Shown one piece after another: positions 42,524 to 52,833 of a stretch of DNA of 64,000 nt (position 1 is its first letter; every line of letters starts with the position of its first letter). The notes below the pieces were generated by a model. That model searched no databases and was not told the origin of the DNA. It saw only the letters and a list, made by a program, of their open reading frames with translations. Origin of the DNA: Promethearchaeota archaeon (lineage in GTDB: Archaea > Asgardarchaeota > Lokiarchaeia > Sigyniarchaeales > SOKP01); assembly GCA_019058445.1 (NCBI GenBank), contig JAHPZA010000009.1:256001-320000 (forward strand), read 5' to 3'. Made by a program: the position numbers and the translations under genes.

Positions 42524-43678
42524 ATGGTAGAAATGGAAATGTATAATCCCCTTTTTATGAGTATTTTTCAAATCTTTTTATCTATATTAGCTGCTGTTTC
42601 ATTTGGATTAGCGTGCAGAAAAAGAAAAGATTTATTATTTTGGTTTTATGGAGTTATTTTTCTGTGTGTAGGTGTGTTATTAATGGGTCTTGAAATGATA
42701 TACAGTATTGATCTTTTTGAGTTAGTATCTTATATATTTTGTTTAGTCGCCTCTGTAGTAATCTTTGTAAGTGTTGCCAAAGAATATTATGAAATTTTCA
42801 TGAAGAGCAATGTAAAAACGAAGATCTCAAAATTAAAATATTTAGCAGCAACTACAATAAGTACTTTTGAAATATTAATGATTGGAGTTATTGGTTTTAT
42901 GCTAATCATTACTATGTTAACGGTATTTATGTTATTTCGTATTTATTTACGAAATAAAACATTAACCCATGCATTTATGAGTATGGTATTATTAGGGGCT
43001 TGGTTAACAACAATACTTTTGTTGTTAGATTATTTATTTAATGTACCTAGTACAAGAGAAATTAGTTCAGAAACAACGACAGTTTTTCTTGTAATTTTGA
43101 CGGCTACAGGTATAGTTGCAGTTCTTGAGCATAAAATTACAAGAACAAATTTATTTTTAAAAGATGTGATTAATACTTCCCAAGAATCTAGTGTAAATGT
43201 TGCTTCTATGGCAATAGAATTATCTGCAAGTGCAAGTGAAGTTAATTCTGCATCGGAAGAAATTGCTTCACAAACTCAGGAGATGGCTGTAACTACACAA
43301 AAAATATTTGATTCCTCTTATGAGATTCAGAGAATTATGGAATTACTTGTCAATATCTCAGAACAAACTAATTTACTTGCATTAAATGCGAGTATTGAAG
43401 CAGGAAGAGCAGGTATCGAAGGACGAGGTTTTGCGGTTGTAGCAAAAGAAGTAAGAAATTTAGCTGAAGAATCAAGAAAAGTGGTTTCAAACTCTGGAGT
43501 AAAAATAAATGAAATTCTTGAGAAAATTCGTGATACTACATTTGTAATGCAAACCATAAGTTCTTCTGCTGAGGAACAAACATCCTCAATGGAAGAGATA
43601 AATAATACAGCTAATAAATTAGGTTTAATTGCTGAAGAATTAAAAAAATCTCTGACTCATGCATCAGTCTTCAACTAA
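42524..43678 (+). CDS. Methyl-accepting chemotaxis-like protein with multi-TM N-terminus
   Basis: [36 protein letters not shown] hairpin tip; about 6 TM segments. Confidence 0.9.
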   Translation: MVEMEMYNPLFMSIFQIFLSILAAVSFGLACRKRKDLLFWFYGVIFLCVGVLLMGLEMIYSIDLFELVSYIFCLVASVVIFVSVAKEYYEIFMKSNVKTKISKLKYLAATTISTFEILMIGVIGFMLIITMLTVFMLFRIYLRNKTLTHAFMSMVLLGAWLTTILLLLDYLFNVPSTREISSETTTVFLVILTATGIVAVLEHKITRTNLFLKDVINTSQESSVNVASMAIELSASASEVNSASEEIASQTQEMAVTTQKIFDSSYEIQRIMELLVNISEQTNLLALNASIEAGRAGIEGRGFAVVAKEVRNLAEESRKVVSNSGVKINEILEKIRDTTFVMQTISSSAEEQTSSMEEINNTANKLGLIAEELKKSLTHASVFN

Positions 43679-43847
43679 AATATCAATTCCATATATAATA
43701 CAAAATATAAGATAAAAAAGAATAATTTTATAGAATTCTTATAAATTCTTTAAAACGACTAAACATCGTTTATTATTTTCTGTTAATACTTGTTAAGCCT
43801 TTTGATATAAAAGAAAAAATTAAGTTTATTCCATAATTTAACAAGTT

Positions 43848-45335
43848 ATGAATTATCATTTCCTACACGACTTTTTATATCCAAATAGCATTGCGTTCTA
43901 TGGTGCAAATAATAAAGGAACCGGAATTGCTTCGTTTCAGGTAATAAATTTAATATTATCCAAATACAGGGGTAAGGTCTTTCCAATTCATTTAAATTTA
44001 GATTCTGTTATGGGCTATAAAGCTTATAGATCTATATCTGAGCTTCCAGAAGTCCCAGACTTAGTCATAATATATTTACCTCCAAAAATCGTGCCAGAAA
44101 TTTTTCGAGAATGTGGAGAAAAAGGAGTTAAAAGAATTATCATAGTTTCCGGAGGATTTAGAGAGATGATTGGAGATCGAAAGAATATATATACAGAGCA
44201 AATAAGTCAAATTGCTGAAAAATATGGTATACGCTTTATTGGGCCAAATTGTTTAGGTTTTTACAATAATTGGATTTATCCTGAGGATGATACAGTTGCC
44301 TTAAATACATCAATTTGGGAAAAATTAAAACGAGGCAAGTTTTCAATAGCATCTCAAAGTGGCACTCTTTCAAGTCATATCTGGTTCGACCCTGAATACA
44401 TCGATATGGGCTTAAGCAGATCACTTTCAATTGGAAATGAAGCGAATATTGATATTGTAGATTGCTTAGAATATTTAAAAGAAGATGATAAGACAGAAGT
44501 TATAGGCTTGTACATAGAAGAAATTAAGCGTGGAAAAAGATTTTTTGAATTGGCGACAGAGATTAGTCCTAATAAGCCAATAATCGCAATTTATCTTGGT
44601 GGCACAGAAGCAGCAGAAAGGGCTGTGAGAAGCCATACAGGTTCAATTGCGGGGAATTCTAAAATTTACAGCGCTGTTTTTAAAAAGGCAGGAATAATTA
44701 AGACCGAATTGGTTGAGGAATTTTTAGATATCGCTATGGTGTTATCTAAAGGAGTCTTGCCAAAAGGTAGGCGAGTTGGAGTTATAACTAATTCGGGAGG
44801 GCCAGGCGCAATGATAGCTAATCACGCAGAAAAGGTTGGTTTAAAAATTCCAGAGTTTAGTGAATCATTGCAGGTAAAATTAAAATCTATGACTTCACAC
44901 ACCGCAAGTACTCGTAACCCTTTAGACAGTACATTTGATATGAATCTGATCAATTACTACATAAATTTACCCAAAGCAGTAATGAAATCTGGAGAAGTCG
45001 ACCTTATTTTCATGTATGGGGTATTTGGGTATCATGATGTTTTAGGTAAATATCTAAATAATGAAAGGATTGCACACTCAATTGACATGACGCAGGAATT
45101 TTTAAAAATTAAAGGCAATCTAGAGGATATATTGATTAGACCTACCTTAAAATTATCAAAAAGATTATCAATTCCAATTATTTACATAAATCCCGAAAAC
45201 TATTCTAGCCCCTGGTCAATTAGTATTAAAGAATGTGGGGGTACGTTATTTCAATTTTGGGATCGCCCCGTAAGAGTCATGGCCAAAATATGTGAGTATG
45301 CAGCGTATAAGCAGAAAAATTCTATAGGAAACTAA
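43848..45335 (+). CDS. ADP-forming acyl-CoA synthetase alpha-subunit-like protein
   Basis: PNSIAFYGA, GPNCLG, SQSG, GNEA, SHTGS (phospho-His), TNSGGPG, NPLD. Confidence 0.85.
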   Translation: MNYHFLHDFLYPNSIAFYGANNKGTGIASFQVINLILSKYRGKVFPIHLNLDSVMGYKAYRSISELPEVPDLVIIYLPPKIVPEIFRECGEKGVKRIIIVSGGFREMIGDRKNIYTEQISQIAEKYGIRFIGPNCLGFYNNWIYPEDDTVALNTSIWEKLKRGKFSIASQSGTLSSHIWFDPEYIDMGLSRSLSIGNEANIDIVDCLEYLKEDDKTEVIGLYIEEIKRGKRFFELATEISPNKPIIAIYLGGTEAAERAVRSHTGSIAGNSKIYSAVFKKAGIIKTELVEEFLDIAMVLSKGVLPKGRRVGVITNSGGPGAMIANHAEKVGLKIPEFSESLQVKLKSMTSHTASTRNPLDSTFDMNLINYYINLPKAVMKSGEVDLIFMYGVFGYHDVLGKYLNNERIAHSIDMTQEFLKIKGNLEDILIRPTLKLSKRLSIPIIYINPENYSSPWSISIKECGGTLFQFWDRPVRVMAKICEYAAYKQKNSIGN

Positions 45336-45339
45336 TTAT

Positions 45340-46275
45340 TTAAGGTAATTTATTTAATTTACTCATAAAAATTGACGCATCTTTAAGAGTTAATGCTAAT
45401 CCTTGCATTAAATTAACATATTTTTTAGCAAAATAAATTTTCCCCTCGAATTTAGGATTATTCTTAATTTCATCAAGGTTAAGAATAACAGATTTCGAAA
45501 CACTAATGCCTAAAGAGTCAATATAGACCGTATCACCATCCTGAAATGAGGAAATATAGTTCACCTTAGAGTGGATCCAATAATCGCTTAATGGTTGTTC
45601 TATTTTTATATCTTTTTTAACTAATTTTTCTTTAGGTCTTTCCAATTTATTAATTTTTTCAATTAAATTTTCTAAATAACTATTAGCTTCATTTAAATTA
45701 ACCTTAGAAGACAATAGTAAAATAAGATTTAAGGATATCTCTTTAAGTTGAAAAACCCTTGAAATTACTTTTTGTTCATTTTCCAATAAAAATATTGTTA
45801 GTTTTACGTTAATTTTTTGGTTTTTCTCCTGATTTTCCATATGATTTGCCATAACTAGAAAGATATCATCCGGCAAAGAAGAATACATAACTTTTCCTTC
45901 TAAATTAAATATTGCTCCTCCTAAAATCTCTTTATCTATGAGTGATTCTCTTAAAATTTCTACAATATTTTTTATTAATTGGGATAAAGTATATGTTATT
46001 ATACCTTCCTTATCCTTAGCTTCACTTTCATAGAATTCTATTTTGGTAATTTCGAAATCGGCATTTTGGTATGCTCTTACGTTGAAATCTTTATCGATAA
46101 ATGCTTGAAAGCTGTGTTTGCATACAAATTCAGAAGGAATTGAAATGGTTGTTAGATGTTCACTTCGTTTAGTCAATTCCATAGGAATTTTTAAGAATTT
46201 CTCTTTTCCGCATCTCGGACATACTAATCTGATTTTTACGTAATTTTCTCTGAAAATCTCATCCTCGGATAGCAT
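45340..46275 (-). CDS. Zn-ribbon domain fused to a roadblock/profilin-like domain
   Basis: CPRC...VCKHSFQAFIDKDFNVRAYQ, then GGAIFNLEGKVMYSSLP. Confidence 0.55.
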   Translation of the reverse strand: MLSEDEIFRENYVKIRLVCPRCGKEKFLKIPMELTKRSEHLTTISIPSEFVCKHSFQAFIDKDFNVRAYQNADFEITKIEFYESEAKDKEGIITYTLSQLIKNIVEILRESLIDKEILGGAIFNLEGKVMYSSLPDDIFLVMANHMENQEKNQKINVKLTIFLLENEQKVISRVFQLKEISLNLILLLSSKVNLNEANSYLENLIEKINKLERPKEKLVKKDIKIEQPLSDYWIHSKVNYISSFQDGDTVYIDSLGISVSKSVILNLDEIKNNPKFEGKIYFAKKYVNLMQGLALTLKDASIFMSKLNKLP

Positions 46276-46435
46276 AGAAGACTTTGGTTAGATCTGATAA
46301 TTAAAAACTTAATTGAATAATGGTAAAACTTATTTAAATATCTTCACAGTCTTAGGTTATTAAATTTGTTATACAATTCAGTCATAAAATGATTTACTTA
46401 TGATGAAGATCAGATTTACAAACATTATTAAACTT

Positions 46436-47632
46436 TTACTTTACTCCTTTTTTTAGAGGAGACATTTTTCTTAATCGTTCGATTACATTCGGTAATTTCT
46501 CAAAAAAATACTCAATATCCTCTTCAGTTGTAAATCTCCCTATAGTTGCTCTCATTGAGCCATGTGCCTCCTCAGGTCTTAATCCGATTGCCAATAAGAC
46601 ATGGGAAGGATCTAAAGATTTGGAAGAACAAGCTGAGCCTGTGGAAACTCCAATCCCATCCATATCCAAATCCAAAACGATAGATTCTCCTTCTATATAT
46701 TTAAAACTTATATTTACATTATTAGGGAGGCGTTGTGTAGGATGCCCGTTTAAAGATGAATCCTCAATATTTTCTAAAATCCAATTAATAATTGTATCTC
46801 GTAATTTAATTTGGCGATTTGCTTCTTCATTCATTTCTCCTTTTGCTAATTCAACAGCTTTTGCAAAACCTGCGATAAGAGGTACAGCAACAGTACTAGG
46901 ACGCATATCTTTTTCATGCCCTCCACCCCACATAATTGGACTCACATACTTTCCAATGCCTTTTTTAATACCCTTATTCTTCATGTACAATAGTCCAATT
47001 CCTTTCGGACCATATAGCTTATGTGAACTGGCTGATAATAAGTCAATATTCATTTCTTCGACATCTATTGGAACTTTTCCAAATGCTTGAACTGCATCAG
47101 TATGAAAAATAATATCATGCGTTTTAGCAATAGCACCAATTTCTCTTATAGGCTCAATCGTTCCAATCTCATTATTGGCAAACATAATGCTTATTAAAAT
47201 GGTCTCATTCGTAATGGCTTTCTCCAAATCTTCGGGACTTATTAAACCATATTTATCTACCGGTAACCATGTCACTTTAAATCCGTCTTTTTCCCACTGC
47301 TTACACGGATTTTCTACCGCGTGATGTTCGATTGAAGATGTAATGATATGCCTCCCTCGATTCATATTTTTTAATACTACCCCGGTTATCGCTATATTAT
47401 CCGCCTCCGTCCCTGATGATGTAAAAATAATATCCTGTTTGTTAGCATTAATCAGACCTGCTATAGATTTTCTCGATTTCTCTAATAATTGTCCCGCTTT
47501 TTGACCAATTGAATGTAGACTTGAAGAATTTCCGTATGTTTCTTTAAAATGTTTATTAACTTCGTCTATAACACGGGGATCCATAGGAGTTGTAGCAGCG
47601 TTGTCTAAATATACATATTTAGTGTCAGTCAT
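46436..47632 (-). CDS. iscS: Cysteine desulfurase IscS/NifS
   Basis: YLDNAATT, ANNEIGT, HTDAVQ, SSHKLYGPKG, STGSACSS. Confidence 0.95.
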   Translation of the reverse strand: MTDTKYVYLDNAATTPMDPRVIDEVNKHFKETYGNSSSLHSIGQKAGQLLEKSRKSIAGLINANKQDIIFTSSGTEADNIAITGVVLKNMNRGRHIITSSIEHHAVENPCKQWEKDGFKVTWLPVDKYGLISPEDLEKAITNETILISIMFANNEIGTIEPIREIGAIAKTHDIIFHTDAVQAFGKVPIDVEEMNIDLLSASSHKLYGPKGIGLLYMKNKGIKKGIGKYVSPIMWGGGHEKDMRPSTVAVPLIAGFAKAVELAKGEMNEEANRQIKLRDTIINWILENIEDSSLNGHPTQRLPNNVNISFKYIEGESIVLDLDMDGIGVSTGSACSSKSLDPSHVLLAIGLRPEEAHGSMRATIGRFTTEEDIEYFFEKLPNVIERLRKMSPLKKGVK

Positions 47633-47801
47633 AAAATAAACCTAAGAAATAATTCTCGATAAATAATAAAGCAACTCATATTTTTTAAAATATCTGTTCA
47701 ATTACATAGTTTAAGAATTACTAGTAATTATAAAATAAAAGAAATATGAAAAAATATTATTTGATTTTATTTTTTATATCAAAAACAGAAGAGGCGCAAA
47801 A

Positions 47802-48374
47802 ATGGTTTTTAAATTAATGTGGGGCATTACAGGAACAGGTTATGTTATTAAGGAATCAATTGATTTGATGAAAGATCTACAGGATGAGTTTGGTGAAGAT
47901 ATAAGAATTACTGTAATGCTCTCAAAAGAAGGTGCTGCTGTAGTGAAGTGGTATAAACAGTGGAATTATTTAACTGAAACCGTAAAAAAGGTACATATAG
48001 AACAAACACCTAATATTCCGTTCTTTGCCGGAGCACTTCAAATAGGTAACTATGATATTTTTATTTGTTGCCCTGTTTCTGCTAATTCTGTAGCTAAAAT
48101 CGTTTATGGGATAGCTGATACTTTAATTACCAATTGTGTAGCGCAAGCAATAAAAGGTGGAGTCACAGCATATATTTTTCCATCTGACCAAGATTTTGAA
48201 CCAATTACAACTACTAAACCAAATGGAGAGCCTTTAGTGTTAAAAATTAGAGACATTGAGATAGAAAATATAAATAAACTAAAAAAATTGGAAGGCATAT
48301 ATGTAATTAAGGATTTTTCAGATATAAATAAATTAATCCTTGATAAAATTAAAGACAAATCGCAAAATCCTTAG
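47802..48374 (+). CDS. Archaeal flavoprotein AfpA-like (HFCD family)
   Basis: WGITGTG, PVSANSVAKIVYGIADTLITN, PSD. Confidence 0.8.
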   Translation: MVFKLMWGITGTGYVIKESIDLMKDLQDEFGEDIRITVMLSKEGAAVVKWYKQWNYLTETVKKVHIEQTPNIPFFAGALQIGNYDIFICCPVSANSVAKIVYGIADTLITNCVAQAIKGGVTAYIFPSDQDFEPITTTKPNGEPLVLKIRDIEIENINKLKKLEGIYVIKDFSDINKLILDKIKDKSQNP

Positions 48375-48410
48375 TAAAAATCATTATAGTTTAAGCTTTT
48401 TTCTTTATAT

Positions 48411-49127
48411 TTAATCCTCTATGATATGTTTGTTGTTGAGATAACAGATTCTTATCATTAGAAATGAGGCAACAATAATTAAAACAATATCAATATATAT
48501 TCCGAATATTAAGATGTTCAATATTCCTATCCATAAAGATATAATTGCAACAACTATCTCTAATTTCTTTGACCTAGGTACTTTATTAATACAGAGAAAA
48601 CCACAAATTGTTAGTAATGTAGGGCTATTTAAAAGCCCCAATGGTGATAAATATAATGCGTTTAACCAAATTGGGCTCCCGACCCAATATAAATACCAGA
48701 AACCAAAAGAAAAACTAATTATAGCAAAAACGCGGGAAATTCTATCGGTGTTTTTTAAATCCCAAGTTAATTCCTTATTAAAATACGCATTAATAGTTAA
48801 TACAAAGATAAGTGAAAAAAAAATTATGTCTGGAATAAGCATAAAAAGTAATGCAATAATTGCTGTCGTTATAGCGAAAAATGCCATAAGTCCTGCGTAT
48901 AATTCGTCATTTACCTTCTTGAAAATTATTCCTTCTACAAGGATCGTCAGAAAGATCACATGTGTCAGAACTGTATAGGGTTTAAAAAAATAAAGAGCCA
49001 CTCTCATTGAAAACCTTATTTCTTCAGATGTTTTGTAGACAAAAAATATCCAACAACTAAGAGAAATTAAAAATGCAATAATTATCCATCCTACAATTTC
49101 TTTCAAGAATTGTTCTCTCATATTCAT
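48411..49127 (-). CDS. Multi-pass membrane protein
   Basis: About 7 hydrophobic segments; SPLGLLNSPT. Confidence 0.6.
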   Translation of the reverse strand: MNMREQFLKEIVGWIIIAFLISLSCWIFFVYKTSEEIRFSMRVALYFFKPYTVLTHVIFLTILVEGIIFKKVNDELYAGLMAFFAITTAIIALLFMLIPDIIFFSLIFVLTINAYFNKELTWDLKNTDRISRVFAIISFSFGFWYLYWVGSPIWLNALYLSPLGLLNSPTLLTICGFLCINKVPRSKKLEIVVAIISLWIGILNILIFGIYIDIVLIIVASFLMIRICYLNNKHIIED

Positions 49128-49283
49128 GATCTACAGGTTAATTTTTTGATGAGGAGTTCCTCTCTTCATACTTAAATTATAATTTTTAAAAGATTGCCTA
49201 TAAAAATAAGTGAACTGAGTTTTTTCAAGTTTATTAAATATCAAAATTAAAATCCAATGGAAGATAAAATAGAGTAGATTCGC

Positions 49284-49706
49284 ATGATTTTTCAAGAAGA
49301 TATTCTTCCACAGCGATTTTATATATCTTTTATTACAATTTTAGTGGTTGCATTTATAATTTTTGTGCTCGGAATCATCATAACAAGATGGTGGGCAATA
49401 AAGGAAAATTGGAATGATACTTATAAACCGTCAATTCGTTTAAATTCATTGTGGCTAATTAGCAATTTATTGCTATTTATATTATTCATCCCTATGATTT
49501 ATGGATTATTTATTGGTGCATTAACTTCATTTTTAGTAAATATAAGTATTGGTGCTTTTTTTACCTCAAAATTCTACGGGAAAAAAGTTAAAGAATCGCT
49601 AATCTTTGTATTTTTTATCGTAATAATGTTATTCATAATATGGTTTATCCTTTATCTTATTACAACTATAATAATCGCTATTATAGTAATTGGATTACAA
49701 ACTTAA
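49284..49706 (+). CDS. Small 4-TM membrane protein
   Basis: Hydrophobic 140-aa ORF. Confidence 0.6.
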   Translation: MIFQEDILPQRFYISFITILVVAFIIFVLGIIITRWWAIKENWNDTYKPSIRLNSLWLISNLLLFILFIPMIYGLFIGALTSFLVNISIGAFFTSKFYGKKVKESLIFVFFIVIMLFIIWFILYLITTIIIAIIVIGLQT

Positions 49707-49768
49707 TTGAATTTATCCATAATCCTTTTCAAATTATATTAATAGAATAAATTAGGAAAGAGTACTTC

Positions 49769-50218
49769 TTAATTCTCAAATTTTACCGGTTTAAGTGCTT
49801 TTTGAGGACAACTCAGTTCACATTTTAAGCATCCTTGACATTTCGAAATTTCTTTAAATTTAAACCGAATCCCATCACTCTCTTCACCATTTTTTTTGAC
49901 TTTACCTACGTAAAATAAATGTTTAGGGCAGAAATTGCCATTATTATCTACACAATCCAAACACATATTACATTTTTCATGATCAACTTTTATAGCTAAT
50001 ACTTGATTAGGGATTTGTATAGAAGTTACTTGAACTGCGTTCCTTGGACATACTTGCACACAATTTAGACACGCAACACATTTTGAATAGTCTACAAGCC
50101 GAATACCATTCTCAAAATAAATTGCTTTAGCTTTACATGCTTTTAAGCATCTCTCACAGCGCATGCATAGATTTTGATCAATTTGAATGGGAACAAATTT
50201 TTCCTTTATTTTAGACAA
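49769..50218 (-). CDS. 4Fe-4S polyferredoxin
   Basis: Four CxxCxxC(xxx)C(P) clusters. Confidence 0.9.
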   Translation of the reverse strand: MSKIKEKFVPIQIDQNLCMRCERCLKACKAKAIYFENGIRLVDYSKCVACLNCVQVCPRNAVQVTSIQIPNQVLAIKVDHEKCNMCLDCVDNNGNFCPKHLFYVGKVKKNGEESDGIRFKFKEISKCQGCLKCELSCPQKALKPVKFEN

Positions 50219-50494
50219 CTCTTTCTTTAGGGGTTTTGCTAATTATTAATCTAATGTTTCCTTAATTTTATTAAACTAATATTTGCTTTTTAACTTCATT
50301 TTTATAATATATTTAAGAAGTTATGAAAGAAAAAGCACAATTATATTTTTGATTTCTGACTAAAATGTCTATATCACAGATTAGAGAGCTATTTTCAGGT
50401 ATTTGATAATATTTCAAGTTGGAATTTATTTTAATATAAAACTCGCGATTTAAATACTTACAAATTTATTTCAATTATGAGTGTGAATTAAGTT

Positions 50495-50779
50495 ATGGGA
50501 AATGGATTTGGAATTGCTTCCATTATTTTAGGAGTATTAGGGATTCTTTTTAGTATTATTGGAATTATCCTCGGACCTCTTGCAATAATATTCGGAATAC
50601 TATAAATGAAAAAAGGTGACAATAGAACAGTAGGTATTGTTGGATTAATTCTTGGAATAATTGCATTGATCCTTGGTATTATTTGGTTAGCTTGGCTCAT
50701 AGCAGTTATTTCTGGAAGCGGTGCTGGTGGTAGCAGTGGCGGTACTACAAGTGGTGGCGGCACCTTTTTTGGTGGTTAA
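50495..50779 (+). pseudogene. Small DUF4190-like membrane protein with Gly/Ser tail, interrupted by an in-frame TAA (50603..50605)
   Basis: MGNGFGIASIILGVLG...PLAIIFGIL*MKKGDNRTVGIVGLILGII...GGSSGGTTSGGGTFFGG*. Confidence 0.65.
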
Positions 50780-50906
50780 ATCTATAAAAATTATTTAAAT
50801 TTAATTTTAACTTTTTTTTTTAGTTTGTTCTCTGGAAAATGTTATAAGCAAAATGAGATTTCTAAACTAACAAATGAGAAAAATATTAAAAAATAAGATT
50901 TAAAAC

Positions 50907-51701
50907 TTATTGGAAATATCGTGTATATTCTTTTCCGGTTTGTTGAGGCAGTTGCTGCTGTTGCTGATATTGTTGAGCTTTTTGCGCTAATTCTAACATT
51001 TTGGCTTTTATCTCTTTTCCTTCTTCGATAAGTTTCGAAGTATCTATACTTAAATTATAGATCTGATTTAGTACTTCGATAATTGCAGCTGCTCCTTCTG
51101 GTGTGGGTATTTCTAATACAGGTGTAAAAAGGGCGTAGGCGTTTAGCTTGTTTGTAAGCGCTTCGTTTAATACTGTCGCTTCCGGCCCAACGATTATTCC
51201 CTTATCTATCTTCTCCATTTCAAATTCCCCTAATCTTTCCATCATACCTTTTTCAGCAGCATAATAGACAGGATAGTCATCGATTATACCACGTTGAGGT
51301 ATTCCTTGAAAAATTACAATTTCCTTTGCTTTTACATCTTCATTTAAAGCCCAATTGCATATAGTCTTAGATAAATCATTATATGCGGTGCTTACTTGAA
51401 ATGGAACCTCACAAATGCCCACTATTAAATTATTCTGAGGAGAATAATATAATCTGAATGGATGTTTAAGAACACCCTGATAAAAGACCGATATAGGGGG
51501 AAGATATTCTGATGTTATGAATCCGATTTCCTTAATGTCGGGAATTTGATCAATTAACGAATTTGAAATAATCGGACCAATTAGACCAATACCAGCGAAA
51601 CCTAAAATCATTGTGGCATTAGGGTTAATCTCGGTTCTCAAATCCTCAATGATAATAGAACTTTTCTTTCCTTTTTCGCATATGTACTCTTTCTTTACCA
51701 T
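50907..51701 (-). CDS. PAC2-family proteasome assembly chaperone (PbaA/PbaB-like)
   Basis: GFAGIGLIG, LPPI, PFRLY, GPEA, PTPEGAA, IDTSKLIEEGKEI; Gln-rich tail ending RYFQ. Confidence 0.85.
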   Translation of the reverse strand: MVKKEYICEKGKKSSIIIEDLRTEINPNATMILGFAGIGLIGPIISNSLIDQIPDIKEIGFITSEYLPPISVFYQGVLKHPFRLYYSPQNNLIVGICEVPFQVSTAYNDLSKTICNWALNEDVKAKEIVIFQGIPQRGIIDDYPVYYAAEKGMMERLGEFEMEKIDKGIIVGPEATVLNEALTNKLNAYALFTPVLEIPTPEGAAAIIEVLNQIYNLSIDTSKLIEEGKEIKAKMLELAQKAQQYQQQQQLPQQTGKEYTRYFQ

Positions 51702-52035
51702 AACAATTCACTTCAATTTGAATTTTTTATTTTTATTTTAAATATATTATTAAAAACACTCTTATTAAAACTAATCACACTAAGAGTTAAAAAAATTATG
51801 TTCATACAAAACATTCTATTAGTTAAAGTCATATTAAATGTCCATATTTTGAAACTCTAATTGGATACTATATTACTCATTGGAAATCTGAATATAAAAA
51901 TTAATTTGTAATAATTCATAGAGAAAAACCTTCCATTGAAATAGCTTTTTACCACATTTTCTCAAAATATTTATAAAATATCATATTCATTCACTTAGCT
52001 TAATAATAAATTATAAACACTTTGAGGGTTTTAAG

Positions 52036-52833
52036 TTGCTCTTAGAATTAAAAGATATTACAATCCCTACTGAAGATGGCAAATGCGTCATCGTAAATAA
52101 TGTCTCTTTTGGAGTTAAGGAAGGCTCTATTCATGCGGTAATAGGTCCGAATGGATCAGGAAAATCAACCTTAGCATATACAATCATGGGACTAAAAATG
52201 TATAATCCTAGTCAAGGAAAAATATATTTTGATGGGATCGATATAACAAATATGACTCTTACTGAGCGAGCTAAACTAGGTATGACCTTGGCCTGGCAAG
52301 AACCTGCTAGAATAGACGGATTGACAGTTCCTAATTATATTGCACTAGGAATGAAAGACAAAACTAATTTGAAAGAAAAAGTTATAGAAGCATTAGAAAT
52401 TGTCAATTTAGAGCCTGAAAGATATCTCACTCGGACTATTGATGAATCCTTAAGTGGAGGAGAGAGAAAAAGAGTAGAATTGGCAGCAGCTATTGCAATG
52501 CGGCCAAGATTAATCATTTTGGATGAGCCCGATTCAGGTTTAGATATGATAGTTATAGAAGATTTCTTAAATATTTTTAATAAAATAAAGAATCTTGAAA
52601 TGACAATATTACTCATTACCCACAGAGAGGATATTGGAATGGTAGCTGATTATGGTACCCTAATATGGCGGGGAAATCACATAATTACAGATGAATTTCC
52701 AAAAGTAATGCTAAGATACTGCGCTAAGGCAGGTTTAAAAGAGTTTTGTAAAAGAACTTTATTTAAAAATGACGGTACGTGTTTTGACGAGGATTACATT
52801 GATAGGATATTTAGAGAGGAGGGATCCTCATGA
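52036..52833 (+). CDS. sufC: SufC-like ABC ATPase (SUF-minimal-system type)
   Basis: GPNGSGKST, LAWQEP, LSGGERKR, LDEPDSG, ITH; C-terminal Cys residues. Confidence 0.8.
   Translation: MLLELKDITIPTEDGKCVIVNNVSFGVKEGSIHAVIGPNGSGKSTLAYTIMGLKMYNPSQGKIYFDGIDITNMTLTERAKLGMTLAWQEPARIDGLTVPNYIALGMKDKTNLKEKVIEALEIVNLEPERYLTRTIDESLSGGERKRVELAAAIAMRPRLIILDEPDSGLDMIVIEDFLNIFNKIKNLEMTILLITHREDIGMVADYGTLIWRGNHIITDEFPKVMLRYCAKAGLKEFCKRTLFKNDGTCFDEDYIDRIFREEGSS

Noticed and set aside
50488-50763. Pro-rich 91-aa minus-strand ORF in the track
   Set aside because: It is the antisense shadow of the Gly-rich membrane gene on the plus strand.
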